Notes: a model not told the origin generated them from the letters alone. Numbered from the stretch's first letter, positions 1 through 9,779 are shown. The stretch is DNA of 32,719 nt from Pseudomonadota bacterium (GCA_041178085.1 JBEGVZ010000067.1:1-32719); one strand, 5' to 3'. Program-made: numbers and translations.

Positions 1-392
1 ATACCGGCGGAAAAACCGAGGCTCCGGTTTACGAGCAGGTTAAAACGGGGGGCACAGGACACGCCGAAGCTGTGGAAATCACCTTCGATCCAGCTGTGTT
101 GAGCTTCGAGTCTTTGCTCGGCTACTTCTTCCGCCTGCATGATCCCACCCACCTGAACCGCCAAATGAACGACATCGGGACCCAATATCGTTCGGCGATT
201 TTCTACCTTTCGCCCCTGCAGAAGGAGGTCGCAGCCCGGGTAAAAGCCGATGTTGACGCCTCTGGCAAATGGTCCAAGCCGTTGGTGACAGAGATTGTAC
301 CGGCTGGCCGTTTTTACCCGGCTGAGGAGTACCATCAGAAGTATCTGGTCAAGAATCCGGGGGGTTACAACTGCCACTTCCTGCGGAAATGA
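1..392 (+). CDS. msrA: Peptide-methionine (S)-S-oxide reductase MsrA, 5'-truncated by the window edge (possibly the C-terminal domain of an MsrB-MsrA fusion)
   Basis: Frame is open from position 3: TGGKTEAPVYEQVKTGGTGHAEAVEITFDP...HDPT..NRQ.NDIGTQYRSAIF...FYPAEEYHQKYL..NPGGYNCH. These are hallmark MsrA motifs; the N-terminal GCFW motif lies outside the window. Confidence 0.95.
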   Translation, partial: TGGKTEAPVYEQVKTGGTGHAEAVEITFDPAVLSFESLLGYFFRLHDPTHLNRQMNDIGTQYRSAIFYLSPLQKEVAARVKADVDASGKWSKPLVTEIVPAGRFYPAEEYHQKYLVKNPGGYNCHFLRK

Positions 393-446
393 TCCCCTCT
401 GTGGTAAACTTTTGGTTACAGAACCCCTCACGGAGGCAACTGTCCC

Positions 447-944
447 ATGAGTTCCATGCCCAGCCCCAATGCCGGGAATCCGATCGAATCCGCAGGAATC
501 AACCGGCGGAGCGTCCGTAATTTCCTGCTGCAGCCTTTTCTTCAAATCCAGTTGGGCTTGTATAGTGTGCTACTTTCGTTCGCCTTCGCTGGCGTGATTG
601 CCTGGCTTTTTTACGCTTACCTGAACCGTTTTGCGACTGTGGTGATCCAGTTGACCGACGCAGAGGAGCAGGTGCTTGAACTGCTTTATTCAAGCCTGGA
701 CCAGATGCGTTTTTCGGTGATCGGAACGATCGCGGTTTTCCTGCTTCTGAACATCGGCGTTTCAATTATTTTTACCCACAAGATGGTGGGGCCAACCATC
801 GCTTTCCGCCGCTTGATCCGGGGACTTTCCGATGGCAACTACGGTTTGCAAGTGAAGCTCCGCGATGGTGATGCTTTCGTCGAGGTGGCGGACGAGTTGA
901 ATCACCTGTCAAACGTCTTGGCAGAGAAACACAGCGGAAAGTAA
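447..944 (+). CDS. Small membrane protein with two TM helices and a C-terminal HAMP domain, no output domain
   Basis: Two hydrophobic segments followed by THKMVGPTIAFRRLIRGLSDGNYGLQVKLRDGDAFVEVADELNHL, a HAMP pattern. GGAGG RBS upstream. Confidence 0.8.
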   Translation: MSSMPSPNAGNPIESAGINRRSVRNFLLQPFLQIQLGLYSVLLSFAFAGVIAWLFYAYLNRFATVVIQLTDAEEQVLELLYSSLDQMRFSVIGTIAVFLLLNIGVSIIFTHKMVGPTIAFRRLIRGLSDGNYGLQVKLRDGDAFVEVADELNHLSNVLAEKHSGK

Positions 945-950
945 CGAGCC

Positions 951-1949
951 GTGCAACCTGCAAACGACTGGTTCCTGACCGCAATACTCACCGATGGCAG
1001 TGTGGCCGGGTGCCTTGACGCGGTCATCGCCGAGCTCGACTTTCGCCGGGAATTCGTGGCCGCCCTGAAGGGGCGACTTGACCCGGTTGCCGGGGGCCAG
1101 GTCGACGCCGTGACGGACTTGTCGAACCGCCTCAAACCACTTGAAAACACTTTGCGCGCGCGGCTCCCCTTGCTTCTGCCTGACCGGCCCGGCGCCTGGT
1201 TTCGCGTGCCTGCAGCCAGGTCAGCTGGCCCTTTTTCGACTTCAATCCTGCACGAACCGGTGTTTGCTCCCTACGGTTCCGCGCCGCCGAAAATGGTACG
1301 CGAAACCCTGGTATCAGCTTGGGATTCCGGGGCTTCTTCTGTCGGGGTCTTCAGGGTTGGGATTCGGTGCCTGTGGTTGACCATGCTCGAGCTGAACGCC
1401 CGCTACACATCGATCAACACGATTGCGATCGCGCCTGTCGCTGCCAAAAAGACGACTCTGCTGCTCGACCAGTTGCCAGAGGGATTGCCAGCACATCTGG
1501 ACTGCCGCTCCTTGCGTGCGTTCCTGGTGAATGTGAAGAACGAATTGCATTCATGTCGCCAGCGGCTTGATGCCTGCAAGCGGGATTTGCTTGCGGCTTC
1601 CGACTTGTTTTTTGAGCACCAGTCAAAACCAGGCAGCAACCGGACCGGCGCCTGGCGGGACAAGGCAGATGAATTCCGCGATGAACAAAGCCGGCGCAGG
1701 TCATCGGCCGGTCAGGCGCGTGCCGGCGCAGACTCGACGCCCGGTCGCGGCGGTGGCCTGAAAACGTCGCGCGACCTTGAAGCATTGCGGTATTTTGGGT
1801 TCAGCGAGTTTCCCACCTCGGAAGAGCTGCGCAAAAGGTACCTGGACTTGGCCCGGCGCTACCATCCGGATGCCGCAACGGGGCACGAAGAGAAATTCAA
1901 GATGTTAAGCCGCGTCTATGAGCATTTGTTGCAGCGCGTCGCGGGTTGA
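951..1949 (+). CDS. Protein with a C-terminal J domain (class C DnaJ-like co-chaperone)
   Basis: C-terminal ALRYFGFSEFPTSEELRKRYLDLARRYHPDAATGHEEKFKMLSRVYEHL with intact HPD. The N-terminal region is unrecognised and includes a likely coiled coil. Confidence 0.85.
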   Translation: MQPANDWFLTAILTDGSVAGCLDAVIAELDFRREFVAALKGRLDPVAGGQVDAVTDLSNRLKPLENTLRARLPLLLPDRPGAWFRVPAARSAGPFSTSILHEPVFAPYGSAPPKMVRETLVSAWDSGASSVGVFRVGIRCLWLTMLELNARYTSINTIAIAPVAAKKTTLLLDQLPEGLPAHLDCRSLRAFLVNVKNELHSCRQRLDACKRDLLAASDLFFEHQSKPGSNRTGAWRDKADEFRDEQSRRRSSAGQARAGADSTPGRGGGLKTSRDLEALRYFGFSEFPTSEELRKRYLDLARRYHPDAATGHEEKFKMLSRVYEHLLQRVAG

Positions 1950-1963
1950 GACATAACAACCGC

Positions 1964-2365
1964 ATGGCAACTCCCCAGGGAAAAATTTCGGTGCTGTCTT
2001 TGCTGAAGCTGCGTTGTCCCTATTGCGGTGTGACGCCCCTCCGGTCGGGTACTTCGTGGTTCAATTTCGCGGAAGGTTGCCCGGTATGCGATTACCGCTT
2101 CGAGCGCGAACCAGGTTATTTCACTGGTGCGTCGTGGATGGTCAACTACACGGCTTCAGCTTTGTTCGGACTGAGCATGGGTGCGGCAATCATGGTTTTT
2201 TTGCCCGATCTTGACGGGCTTATCGTAGCGGCTGTGGTCAGCTTGTTTCTGATCGGGTTCGGGTTGTGGTTCATTCCCTACAGCATGGCTCTGTGGCTGG
2301 GTTTTGATCATCTGATCCATCCACTCAATCCAGAAGAGCGTTTTCGCTCCTTCAAAAACCCATAG
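1964..2365 (+). CDS. DUF983-family membrane protein
   Basis: LKLRCPYCG...CPVCDYRFEREPGYF (two CxxC motifs) followed by two TM helices. Start ATG 1964 preferred over TTG 1946. Confidence 0.8.
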   Translation: MATPQGKISVLSLLKLRCPYCGVTPLRSGTSWFNFAEGCPVCDYRFEREPGYFTGASWMVNYTASALFGLSMGAAIMVFLPDLDGLIVAAVVSLFLIGFGLWFIPYSMALWLGFDHLIHPLNPEERFRSFKNP

Positions 2366-2421
2366 ATAAAACGCTAAGTATCCGTAAATATTAAAAAAAT
2401 ATCGATTTTAATCCTGCGGAC

Positions 2422-2448
2422 TGATGTTTTCCCTTTTTAATCCGATGG
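2422..2448 (+). promoter_or_regulatory. Weak candidate sigma28 (FliA)-type promoter for the DUF1566 gene
   Basis: TGATGTTT-N11-TCCGATGG versus consensus TAAAGTTT-N11-GCCGATAA (6/8 and 5/8 matches, exact spacing), followed by a G-rich RBS. Confidence 0.35.
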
Positions 2449-2467
2449 GTTGAAAGGGGGGAATGAT

Positions 2468-4045
2468 TTGTTTTCGAGCCCGCCACGAAATTACGCGGCC
2501 TGCTTCACGCTGGTTTTAGCACTGGCGCCGCTGTTCTATTCGTGCAGGAACGATTCTGGGGTTCCCGTCGATACCGGATCAAAGGATCCCGGCTCTTCAA
2601 ACCAGAATGTTTCTATCTCCGGAGTTACCCCGGTTGCGGGCAAACCCGGAGATGTCATGACGTTGACTGGAGAAAACCTGGATGCAGAAGCAGCTCTGCA
2701 GGTCGCCATTGGTAATGCGCGGGCAAATGTCGAGGTCAGCGATTCCACCCGGGGTAAATTCAGCATGCCGGACGGTCTGGGTATGGGCCTCAAGGTTGCA
2801 TCTGTGGTTGGTTCTGCCGGTGAAGTCGGCACACTCCGGCTGATTGCGGACTCGGCAGGTAACTCGCTGCCGATCATTGTGGCTGACGCCTCCCAGGTCT
2901 GTAGCGACATCATCTACATCAATGCCGCAGGCGAACAGGCAACCGGTACGCGTGACTGTAGCGGTTCGGCAGAGGGAACGGTCGACCCCTTCGACATTCG
3001 CAAAGGAAAGACCGTCAGCGGCGTCGCCGGCAAGTTGAACGCACGGTGCCAGAACACCAGTAACCTGACCACATTTAACATGGCAGCCGTAGCGGTCACG
3101 GCAAGCGTCTCCACGGTCCGTGCAGCACGTGTCAGGAAAATCACGGACTCTGGGATACTGACCCTTGGCGCAATCTCTGGCGTGCCTTTGCCTCCCCTGA
3201 ACAACACGGTTTACGTCCGCCCTTTGGGTAACACGCACCCGATAAAGAATGGCGATGGTAGCCGTCACACGGGGCGTTTGCGTTTCAGTACCCAGATTGC
3301 TGCAATCGATGGCAGCGGAAACCCGGTGTACACAGATGTGAATGTCGCGGGCAACGAAATCGCCCTTTACCGGGAAGGCACATCCACAACGGAGACCTTC
3401 ACCTCGGTTGCGTGTGATGAGACCTTGACAACCCCAGTCAGCACGGACTGTTTCGATCTGGTTGTGGTGGATGATTCTGCAAACGTGTGGGACACGATTG
3501 ATGACGACAACTTTGGAACCGGGGCTTCTCCACGGGTGCCGTCAGACCTGGGTGCTCAGGAGGCATTCAACACCGGGGTTTGTGGTTATCTTGAGGCGCC
3601 TGATATCACGGTGCCGGCGCATGCCAATGCAACATGGCGTGATGTCACACGCACGAACGGCGGAGCGCCATCAAGCTGTGCGGTAACCCCGGCGAACTGC
3701 TCAATCATGGATCTTCACAGTGGCTTGACCTGGTTCAAGGGGCCAGGAGTTCCCCAAACTTGGTTCGGTGCAGTGCTTTACTGCTCACAGCTGACCAAGG
3801 GCGGGCTTGGCGGTTGGCGTCTTCCAACCCAGAAGGAACTCATGTCTGCTTATATAAATTCGATCAGCCGGATCAATTCCACCGGGACGGTGGCGGACTA
3901 CAATATGCAGTGGTGGTCAGCTACAACCCAGAGTCAGGACACAAATCAGGCTTGGTGGGTCAACCTTTCGACCGGTCAGTCGGGGGTTCAGGTGAAGCGT
4001 TTGTCTCCCACAGCATCCAGGGCAATGTGTGTGCGCGGGCCATGA
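2468..4045 (+). CDS. Secreted lipoprotein with an IPT/TIG domain and a C-terminal DUF1566 (Lcl C-terminal, CLec-like fold) domain
   Basis: Hydrophobic signal ending LFYSC. IPT/TIG-like ISGVTPVAGKPGDVMTLTGENL. C-terminal DLHSGLTW...TWFGAVLYCSQLTKGGLGGWRLPTQKELM...WWSATT...AWWVNL...AMCVR. TTG 2468 follows a GGGGGA RBS; the track start is 2450. Confidence 0.85.
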   Translation: MFSSPPRNYAACFTLVLALAPLFYSCRNDSGVPVDTGSKDPGSSNQNVSISGVTPVAGKPGDVMTLTGENLDAEAALQVAIGNARANVEVSDSTRGKFSMPDGLGMGLKVASVVGSAGEVGTLRLIADSAGNSLPIIVADASQVCSDIIYINAAGEQATGTRDCSGSAEGTVDPFDIRKGKTVSGVAGKLNARCQNTSNLTTFNMAAVAVTASVSTVRAARVRKITDSGILTLGAISGVPLPPLNNTVYVRPLGNTHPIKNGDGSRHTGRLRFSTQIAAIDGSGNPVYTDVNVAGNEIALYREGTSTTETFTSVACDETLTTPVSTDCFDLVVVDDSANVWDTIDDDNFGTGASPRVPSDLGAQEAFNTGVCGYLEAPDITVPAHANATWRDVTRTNGGAPSSCAVTPANCSIMDLHSGLTWFKGPGVPQTWFGAVLYCSQLTKGGLGGWRLPTQKELMSAYINSISRINSTGTVADYNMQWWSATTQSQDTNQAWWVNLSTGQSGVQVKRLSPTASRAMCVRGP

Positions 4046-4090
4046 TCCTGCATTGGAAGGTTTGCAGAAACGGCTAAAAAGGAATTTGGC

Positions 4091-4891
4091 GTGTCGATCT
4101 TTGCAACTGGCAAGAGCCACAACATCGTTGCATATGCCTTTGCGGAAAACTTTCGCATGGCTCAGGCTCAGGCCGAGCTGGGTGCCAGCCTCAGCTTGAT
4201 GGACCCCAAGGATTCCGTAAGCCGCGAAGTTCCCGGTGGTGGCTGGGTGTACGCTTACAACTTTGGCGTGCTCGCTTTCTGGAACGTCAGTCCTGAAGTG
4301 CGTGCGCGCGAGATCGAGCAGTTCCGTGGCAAGCGCCCGGAGGGGCTTTCTGATCCGGCAGTGATTGAGGACTTCATCGTCGAAGAAGACCCTGGCGAGC
4401 GTCCCCGTGCGGAATTCAGCCGACTGATCCTGGACAAGGTCACGCCACAGCGGGCGGAAGTGGTTGCATTGACCGTCGCCCAGAGCGCGGCAATGTCCTA
4501 CTACGAACAACTCCTCGAACGGTCCCATACCAAGCTCGCAGCCATGCTGGTCCAGCTAGAACAACGCGGTCACATCGGTCGTTCGCCGGCAAAGTTGCAC
4601 CGGTTCATCGCAGAAGCTGTCATGATGCGAAGCGATGTCGTCGGCGTCTTGCACTTGCTCGACCGTCCAGACTTGATTTGGGAAGACAAGATCATGGACG
4701 GTCTTTATGACGACTTGCGCGCGGTGTTCGACCTCAAGGAAAGGTTCCAGGCCCTTGGACACAAGTTGGACTACATCCAGGACGCAGGCGAGGTCTTGCT
4801 GGACATGGCCAGGGACAGCCGACTCTTCCTGGTCGAAATGTCGATCGTTGTGCTGATCCTGGCAGAGATCCTGATGTCAATCTTCCGCTGA
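4091..4891 (+). CDS. RMD1/YagE (DUF155) family protein
   Basis: YNFGVLAFWN, VAQSAAMSYYE, LLDRPDLIWE, FDLKERFQALGHKL and a C-terminal TM segment (VEMSIVVLILAEI) match the RMD1 family. Confidence 0.9.
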   Translation: MSIFATGKSHNIVAYAFAENFRMAQAQAELGASLSLMDPKDSVSREVPGGGWVYAYNFGVLAFWNVSPEVRAREIEQFRGKRPEGLSDPAVIEDFIVEEDPGERPRAEFSRLILDKVTPQRAEVVALTVAQSAAMSYYEQLLERSHTKLAAMLVQLEQRGHIGRSPAKLHRFIAEAVMMRSDVVGVLHLLDRPDLIWEDKIMDGLYDDLRAVFDLKERFQALGHKLDYIQDAGEVLLDMARDSRLFLVEMSIVVLILAEILMSIFR

Positions 4892-5476
4892 CTTCAGGTG
4901 CCTTGAACGGATGAACTCACCTTCGGAGAGTTTCGCCCAGCCGGCGGCCTCGTCCAGGTCCACCATCACTTTGTCCCCCTGACGCAGCTCGCCAACGATG
5001 CGCGATTTGCGGTCCGGCGATGTCCTGATGTTGATACGGCTGACCGATATCACCATGAGACGACCACCGTGCCCGCGGACTGATCCAGAACGCTTTGTTG
5101 GTTCCTTTTCAGCAGCGAGTGGCGCTGCCGGTTTGTAGCCCGGATCAGGATCAAATGCCTGGCTGTAGTCCCGCGTGACAGGATCCGCTTTCTCTTCCGC
5201 TGGAGCAGCTTTTTTTGCGGCTCCATCTGCCATCATCGCGTCAACGGGAACAGGCTGGTCAGAACCAGTGTTCTGGCCGTCCTCGCCCTGCGTGGGGCTC
5301 GCGGGAGCTTGTGATGCCTGAGGTTCCGTCGAAGGGGGTGCAGCTGGTGCATAGGGGTCGACTTCCGCCACCTCGGCCACGGATTGCTTGAGGAAGCAAC
5401 CCGGGGCCAAGGTCGTGGCGACGGCAAGGCAACTGGCGCCAAGCATGCGCCTTACAGCTACGGAACTCATCATCAC
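4877..5476 (-). CDS. Lipoprotein with a low-complexity linker and a C-terminal bacterial SH3 (SH3b) domain
   Basis: Lipobox-like LAPGC. P/A/Q-rich linker. C-terminal [26 protein letters not shown]...GWAKL..GEFI...L. Confidence 0.75.
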   Translation of the reverse strand: MMMSSVAVRRMLGASCLAVATTLAPGCFLKQSVAEVAEVDPYAPAAPPSTEPQASQAPASPTQGEDGQNTGSDQPVPVDAMMADGAAKKAAPAEEKADPVTRDYSQAFDPDPGYKPAAPLAAEKEPTKRSGSVRGHGGRLMVISVSRINIRTSPDRKSRIVGELRQGDKVMVDLDEAAGWAKLSEGEFIRSRHLKSAED

Positions 5477-6699
5477 TTCAGGCCCCTGCTAAGGTTTGAT
5501 GCCAGCTTGTCGAGGAAATCGCCCGTGTTCAGGTAACTGCCTTCCGGCACCTTGTCGCCATGGATGCAAACCGCCAGATCCTTGGTCATGGCGCCACTCT
5601 CGATGGTCTCCACGCAGACTTTCTCAAGCACCTGGCAGAAGTTGATCAGGTCCTTGTTGCCGTCAAGCTTGCCGCGATGGGCAAGGCCCTGGGTCCAGGC
5701 AAATATGCTGGCGATCGGATTCGTGCTGGTGGGTTTGCCCTGCAAGTGCTGGCGGTAGTGCCTGGTTACCGTGCCGTGGGCGGCTTCGGTCTCGATTGTC
5801 TTGCCGTCCGGACACATGAGCACGGAGGTCATCAGCCCCAGGCTGCCGAAACCTTGTGCGACAGAATCCGATTGGACGTCGCCATCGTAGTTCTTGCATG
5901 CCCACACGAATCCGCCATTCCATTTCATGGCTTGCGCAACCATGTCGTCGATCAGGCGATGTTCATAGACAAGTCCTGCCGCTTCGTATTTGGACTTGTA
6001 TTGTTCGTCGTAGATCTTCTGAAAGATATCCTTGAACCGGCCATCGTAGACCTTGAGGATGGTATTCTTCGTGGACAGGTAGACCGGGAATTTCTTCATC
6101 AGGCCGTAGTTGAAGCAGGAGTGGGCGAATCCCTCGATCGAAGCGTCAAGGTTGTACATGCCCATGGCAATGCCCGGGCCGTCAAACTTGTTGATCTCCC
6201 ACGTCAGGGTTTCCCCCGCGCCTTCCGGCTGGAACACCATCTTCAGCGTACCTTTGCCCGGGATCTTCATGTCGGTGGCTCGATACTGGTCCCCGTGGGC
6301 GTGCCGTCCGATGACGATCGGGCGCGTCCAGTTGGTCACCAGGCGTGGCACGTTCCGGCAGATGATCGGCTCACGGAATACGGTTCCGCCCAGGATGTTG
6401 CGGATCGTTCCGTTGGGGCTCTTCCACATTTTCTTGAGGTTGAACTCCTTCACCCGCGCCTCGTCCGGGGTGATCGTCGCGCACTTGATGCCGACGTTGT
6501 ATTTTTTGATCGCTTCAGCGGCCTCGATCGTGACCTTGTCTTCGGTCTTGTCCCGGTATTCGATGCCAAGGTCGAAATAGATGAGGTTCACATCCAGAAA
6601 GGGGAGGATCAGCTTTTTCTTGATGTCCGCCCAGATGATGCGTGTCATCTCGTCGCCGTCGAGTTCGACAACCGGATTGGTGACCTTGATCTTGTTCAT
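5473..6699 (-). CDS. icd: NADP-dependent isocitrate dehydrogenase (homodimeric, eukaryote-like subfamily II)
   Basis: [78 protein letters not shown]. Confidence 0.98.
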   Translation of the reverse strand: MNKIKVTNPVVELDGDEMTRIIWADIKKKLILPFLDVNLIYFDLGIEYRDKTEDKVTIEAAEAIKKYNVGIKCATITPDEARVKEFNLKKMWKSPNGTIRNILGGTVFREPIICRNVPRLVTNWTRPIVIGRHAHGDQYRATDMKIPGKGTLKMVFQPEGAGETLTWEINKFDGPGIAMGMYNLDASIEGFAHSCFNYGLMKKFPVYLSTKNTILKVYDGRFKDIFQKIYDEQYKSKYEAAGLVYEHRLIDDMVAQAMKWNGGFVWACKNYDGDVQSDSVAQGFGSLGLMTSVLMCPDGKTIETEAAHGTVTRHYRQHLQGKPTSTNPIASIFAWTQGLAHRGKLDGNKDLINFCQVLEKVCVETIESGAMTKDLAVCIHGDKVPEGSYLNTGDFLDKLASNLSRGLK

Positions 6700-7706
6700 T
6701 TCGCAGAAACTCCTGTGTTTGGTGCGGTGAAATAATGTATCGACCGCGCGACCTTCTCAAAGTCGCGCGACTTCATTCTGGTATCGATCAGTGCAATGAC
6801 TTCCGTGGCCTTTCCTGGCGCAACATTGCAGACCAGCCCGTGGCTGTTGAAGTAAAGGGTCATCAGTCCGATCCCTGCGCCTTCACTCTTCTTGTCGAGG
6901 ATCTCGTCGCTGTTGGTGCGGTGCAACACCTTGCGTGCGTATTGGAAGAACTGGTTTCGCTGGAACAGACCAAACGGGTCGCGAATCCCGATGGCAACCA
7001 CATCGCCGTCGTAACCGATCTCAAGGACAGCCTGGTCATTCGGGGCGAGTTCGACGTTGCCGCGCGACTGTGCATCGCCGGGCACCGGGCGCCCGGCAGC
7101 TCTCGGGGCATCGTAAATGGCGTTCATCAGCATCTCTTCGCAGATCTTTCGGATCGTGCTGGCGGTGTGCTGACTCAAGCCTTGTTCAATCACGTATGCG
7201 CCGACCTGTGGTGTCAGTGTTTCTCGGTCGCGGCCAGATTTGACCGCAAAGGTGCGGGTACCGGTGCCAGTGCGCAAATACTTGCCCAGCCCGAAAACAT
7301 CGCGGCGGATGATTTTCTGCATGGTTGCCCGGAGGTCCGTGATCGTCCAGTTGGAACCCCCGTCCCCGGCGCCCGGTCGCAGGGCAACAAAGTGGTCGGC
7401 CAGTTCGTGGTCCTTGCCGTCAAGTGCACGAGAGTATTCTGCGATCACCTTGTCGACCATCAGGACTATTTTGCCAGGGGCTGTGTTTGAACCGCCGCGT
7501 TCGAGTCGTGCGCGAACTGCCTCCAACAGGCCGGAGTCCAGGGAATTGGTGATGACTGCAACGGGATCCTTGTCGATTGCGGCAAGGAAAGTCCCCTGGT
7601 CGGTTGTAGAAAGCAAATCCGCACCGTCGCACACAGCCACGAGCGTTCCCACATCGGGAAGTGGTGTGCGACCAGGCTCGTTGTAGGCAACAACCGTTGG
7701 TTGCAT
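6696..7706 (-). CDS. Hypothetical protein with a C-terminal GHKL/HATPase-like (RsbW/SpoIIAB-like) domain and a possibly degenerate receiver-like N-terminus
   Basis: [13 protein letters not shown] (N-box-like), IGIRDPFG (G1-like) and KSEGAGIGL (G2-like). No His-box or TM segment seen. Confidence 0.6.
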   Translation of the reverse strand: MQPTVVAYNEPGRTPLPDVGTLVAVCDGADLLSTTDQGTFLAAIDKDPVAVITNSLDSGLLEAVRARLERGGSNTAPGKIVLMVDKVIAEYSRALDGKDHELADHFVALRPGAGDGGSNWTITDLRATMQKIIRRDVFGLGKYLRTGTGTRTFAVKSGRDRETLTPQVGAYVIEQGLSQHTASTIRKICEEMLMNAIYDAPRAAGRPVPGDAQSRGNVELAPNDQAVLEIGYDGDVVAIGIRDPFGLFQRNQFFQYARKVLHRTNSDEILDKKSEGAGIGLMTLYFNSHGLVCNVAPGKATEVIALIDTRMKSRDFEKVARSIHYFTAPNTGVSAK

Positions 7707-7709
7707 CTG

Positions 7710-8219
7710 TCAGGTACCAGCGGTTTGTCCAACCGGGGCATTTTTTCCGTGGACTGCTTCCCGGTCAATCTTGTCCTGCAAGGTCATCAGTCCAGCAATC
7801 ACGGCCTCGGGAGTCGGTGGGCACCCGGCAACGTAAACATCAACCGGAATCACGCGGTCGACGCCCTGCAGCACGTGATAAGCACGGTAAAAGCCCCCAC
7901 TGGAGGCGCAGGCACCCATGGCCATCACCCACTTGGGTTCTGCCATCTGCTCGTAGATCTTCTTGATCACAGGTGCCATTTTCTCGGTGATTGTGCCAGC
8001 CACGATCATCAGGTCACATTGACGCGGGGAGAACCTGACTACTTCGGCCCCGAACCTGCTTATGTCGTACTTGGGCCCAACGACAGCCATATACTCGATA
8101 CCGCAGCAGGCCGTCCCAAAGGGATAGGGCCACAGGGAGTTCTTGCGTGCCCATGCAAGGAACTCTTTGTGCTTTGTTGTAAAAACGGGAATTCCGCCAT
8201 CGTTTTGCTGATGTTTCAT
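7710..8219 (-). CDS. nuoB: NADH-quinone oxidoreductase subunit B
   Basis: [69 protein letters not shown]. Start ATG 8219 follows an AAAGGA RBS; the track start is 8267. Confidence 0.95.
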   Translation of the reverse strand: MKHQQNDGGIPVFTTKHKEFLAWARKNSLWPYPFGTACCGIEYMAVVGPKYDISRFGAEVVRFSPRQCDLMIVAGTITEKMAPVIKKIYEQMAEPKWVMAMGACASSGGFYRAYHVLQGVDRVIPVDVYVAGCPPTPEAVIAGLMTLQDKIDREAVHGKNAPVGQTAGT

Positions 8220-8392
8220 GGTCCGGTGTTCCTTTGCGCCGGTCCAGCTCGCGGCTGCCAGCGTCATCCATGGAAAAACCTGAAAAGCCTAAACCCACCG
8301 CGAGCTTACGATAATTTTCCGGAACATGACACCCCTTTCATTGATTGGAACCAGGCTGAGCTGCGGGGCGGCTGTCGTTTTTGGGGGGTGAG

Positions 8393-8422
8393 TTGACTTG
8401 GGGTCCGGCGGGTTCGTAAAAT
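8393..8422 (+). promoter_or_regulatory. Candidate sigma70 promoter for the agl-glt cluster
   Basis: TTGACT-N18-TAAAAT in the divergent nuoB/aglR intergenic region, about 75 nt before the aglR ATG. Confidence 0.55.
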
Positions 8423-8496
8423 ATCAGTGAACTTAATTGTTTAGGCCCGCACCGTCGTCGCCGGCCGATGACCCGGAGCAAGAGGAGCTGCGCACC

Positions 8497-9186
8497 ATGA
8501 TCACTACGATTGTCAAGCTGTTCAACCCCGAGGATGGTCCTCACTTTATTGTGATGTGCAGCATCACGCTGACACTGATCATCTCGCTCTCGATCATTGT
8601 CGAGAGGGTTTTCCGGTACTGGTACCAGTACGACCTTTCGAACAGCTCGGCATTCATGTCGGCTGTCCAGAAGCTGGTCATGAACAATTCCATCGAGAAC
8701 GCCATCCGCCTTTGCAAGGGCAAGCGGAATCAGGGCCAACTCCTTCCTTACGTATTGGCTGAAGGTCTGAAGCGCGCCAATGATTCCACGGAGGAGATCG
8801 AGAACGCCATGCACCACGCGCAGCTGGCGGCAATTCCCCGGGTTGCGCGCAGGGTTCCGCTGCTGGCGACTACGGCCAACGTGGCCACCCTTCTGGGGCT
8901 GCTCGGTACGCTGTTCGGGCTGATCAAGTCCTTCGCCGCCGCAGCAGATTCCACTGGTCAACAAAAAGCGGTGATCCTTGCCAAGGGTATTGCGGAGGCT
9001 CTCTCTGCGACCACCTTCGGTCTTGCGACCGCCCTTCTTTGTCTGCTGGTTTACGGGATTCTGATGACCAAGCAGACTGCGATCGTTGACGACATCAACC
9101 AGAACGCAGCGCGGCTCATGGACTTGCTCTACACCCGCAAGATGAAGATCCGCAGCGGGCAAGACATGTCAGCCAGCGTTGAGTGA
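8497..9186 (+). CDS. aglR: MotA/TolQ/ExbB proton-channel protein (AglR-like)
   Basis: IIVERV, ANVATLLGLLGTLFGLIKSF and GIAEALSATTFGL TM motifs. ATG 8497 follows GAGGAG. First gene of the cluster; symbol rests on synteny. Confidence 0.88.
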   Translation: MITTIVKLFNPEDGPHFIVMCSITLTLIISLSIIVERVFRYWYQYDLSNSSAFMSAVQKLVMNNSIENAIRLCKGKRNQGQLLPYVLAEGLKRANDSTEEIENAMHHAQLAAIPRVARRVPLLATTANVATLLGLLGTLFGLIKSFAAAADSTGQQKAVILAKGIAEALSATTFGLATALLCLLVYGILMTKQTAIVDDINQNAARLMDLLYTRKMKIRSGQDMSASVE

Positions 9187-9204
9187 CCAAGCGAAGGGGC
9201 GGAA

Positions 9205-9750
9205 ATGGCGAGGAAGCGCAAGACCATAAAGAGGAATGAGTCGACAGACATCGAGCTGAACATCATCCCGTTCATCGATGTCTTTTCGATGCTTAACACG
9301 TTCCTTTTGTTTTCGGCCGTTTTCGTAGCCACCGGGATCATCGAGGTCCAGGTGCCGTTCCTGTCCAGTGCTCCTCCCCCAAAGGATGCTGGCGAGCGAA
9401 GCCTTTCTGTAAAGATCGACGCTGAAAAAACAAAGGTTCAAGTCGTTACCAGCTACAGCAAGGAGCCGGTGAACGAGCAAAAGTTTGACTTTCCAAACAC
9501 CAAGGACGGGCTGGACGAGATGCACAAGAAGCTGGTCTCGATCCGCCAGGCCAATCCGGACACGGACAAGTTGACTTTTTTCTCCGAGGACGACGTGATT
9601 TTCGAGAATGTTTCGGCCATTCTTGATGCGGCCAAGTTCCGACTCTCGACCGATCCTGTTTTTCCAGTGAAAAACCCCAAGACGGGTGTGATGGAACAGG
9701 ACCAGCAATTCGTGTTCCCGAAAATTGTGATAGGCAGCGTGGTGCTGTAA
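9205..9750 (+). CDS. aglQ: ExbD/TolR family protein (AglQ-like)
   Basis: ELNIIPFIDVFSMLNTFLL TM with the conserved Asp, followed by a periplasmic domain. Symbol from the aglR-Q-S order. Confidence 0.8.
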   Translation: MARKRKTIKRNESTDIELNIIPFIDVFSMLNTFLLFSAVFVATGIIEVQVPFLSSAPPPKDAGERSLSVKIDAEKTKVQVVTSYSKEPVNEQKFDFPNTKDGLDEMHKKLVSIRQANPDTDKLTFFSEDDVIFENVSAILDAAKFRLSTDPVFPVKNPKTGVMEQDQQFVFPKIVIGSVVL

Positions 9751-9779
9751 CCCGGTGACCGCCTCAGGGAGCGACCAAG

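Noticed and set aside
3700..4045. Complete DGR at the DUF1566 gene
   Set aside because: No second copy of the 3' region, no reverse transcriptase and no avd-like gene seen in the window; kept only as a remote-target possibility.
5560..6735. 391-aa plus-strand ORF antisense to icd
   Set aside because: Shadow ORF produced by codon bias of the conserved icd gene; no recognisable motifs. The same applies to 6735-7490, 7701-8396, 8338-9162 and 17565-18425.
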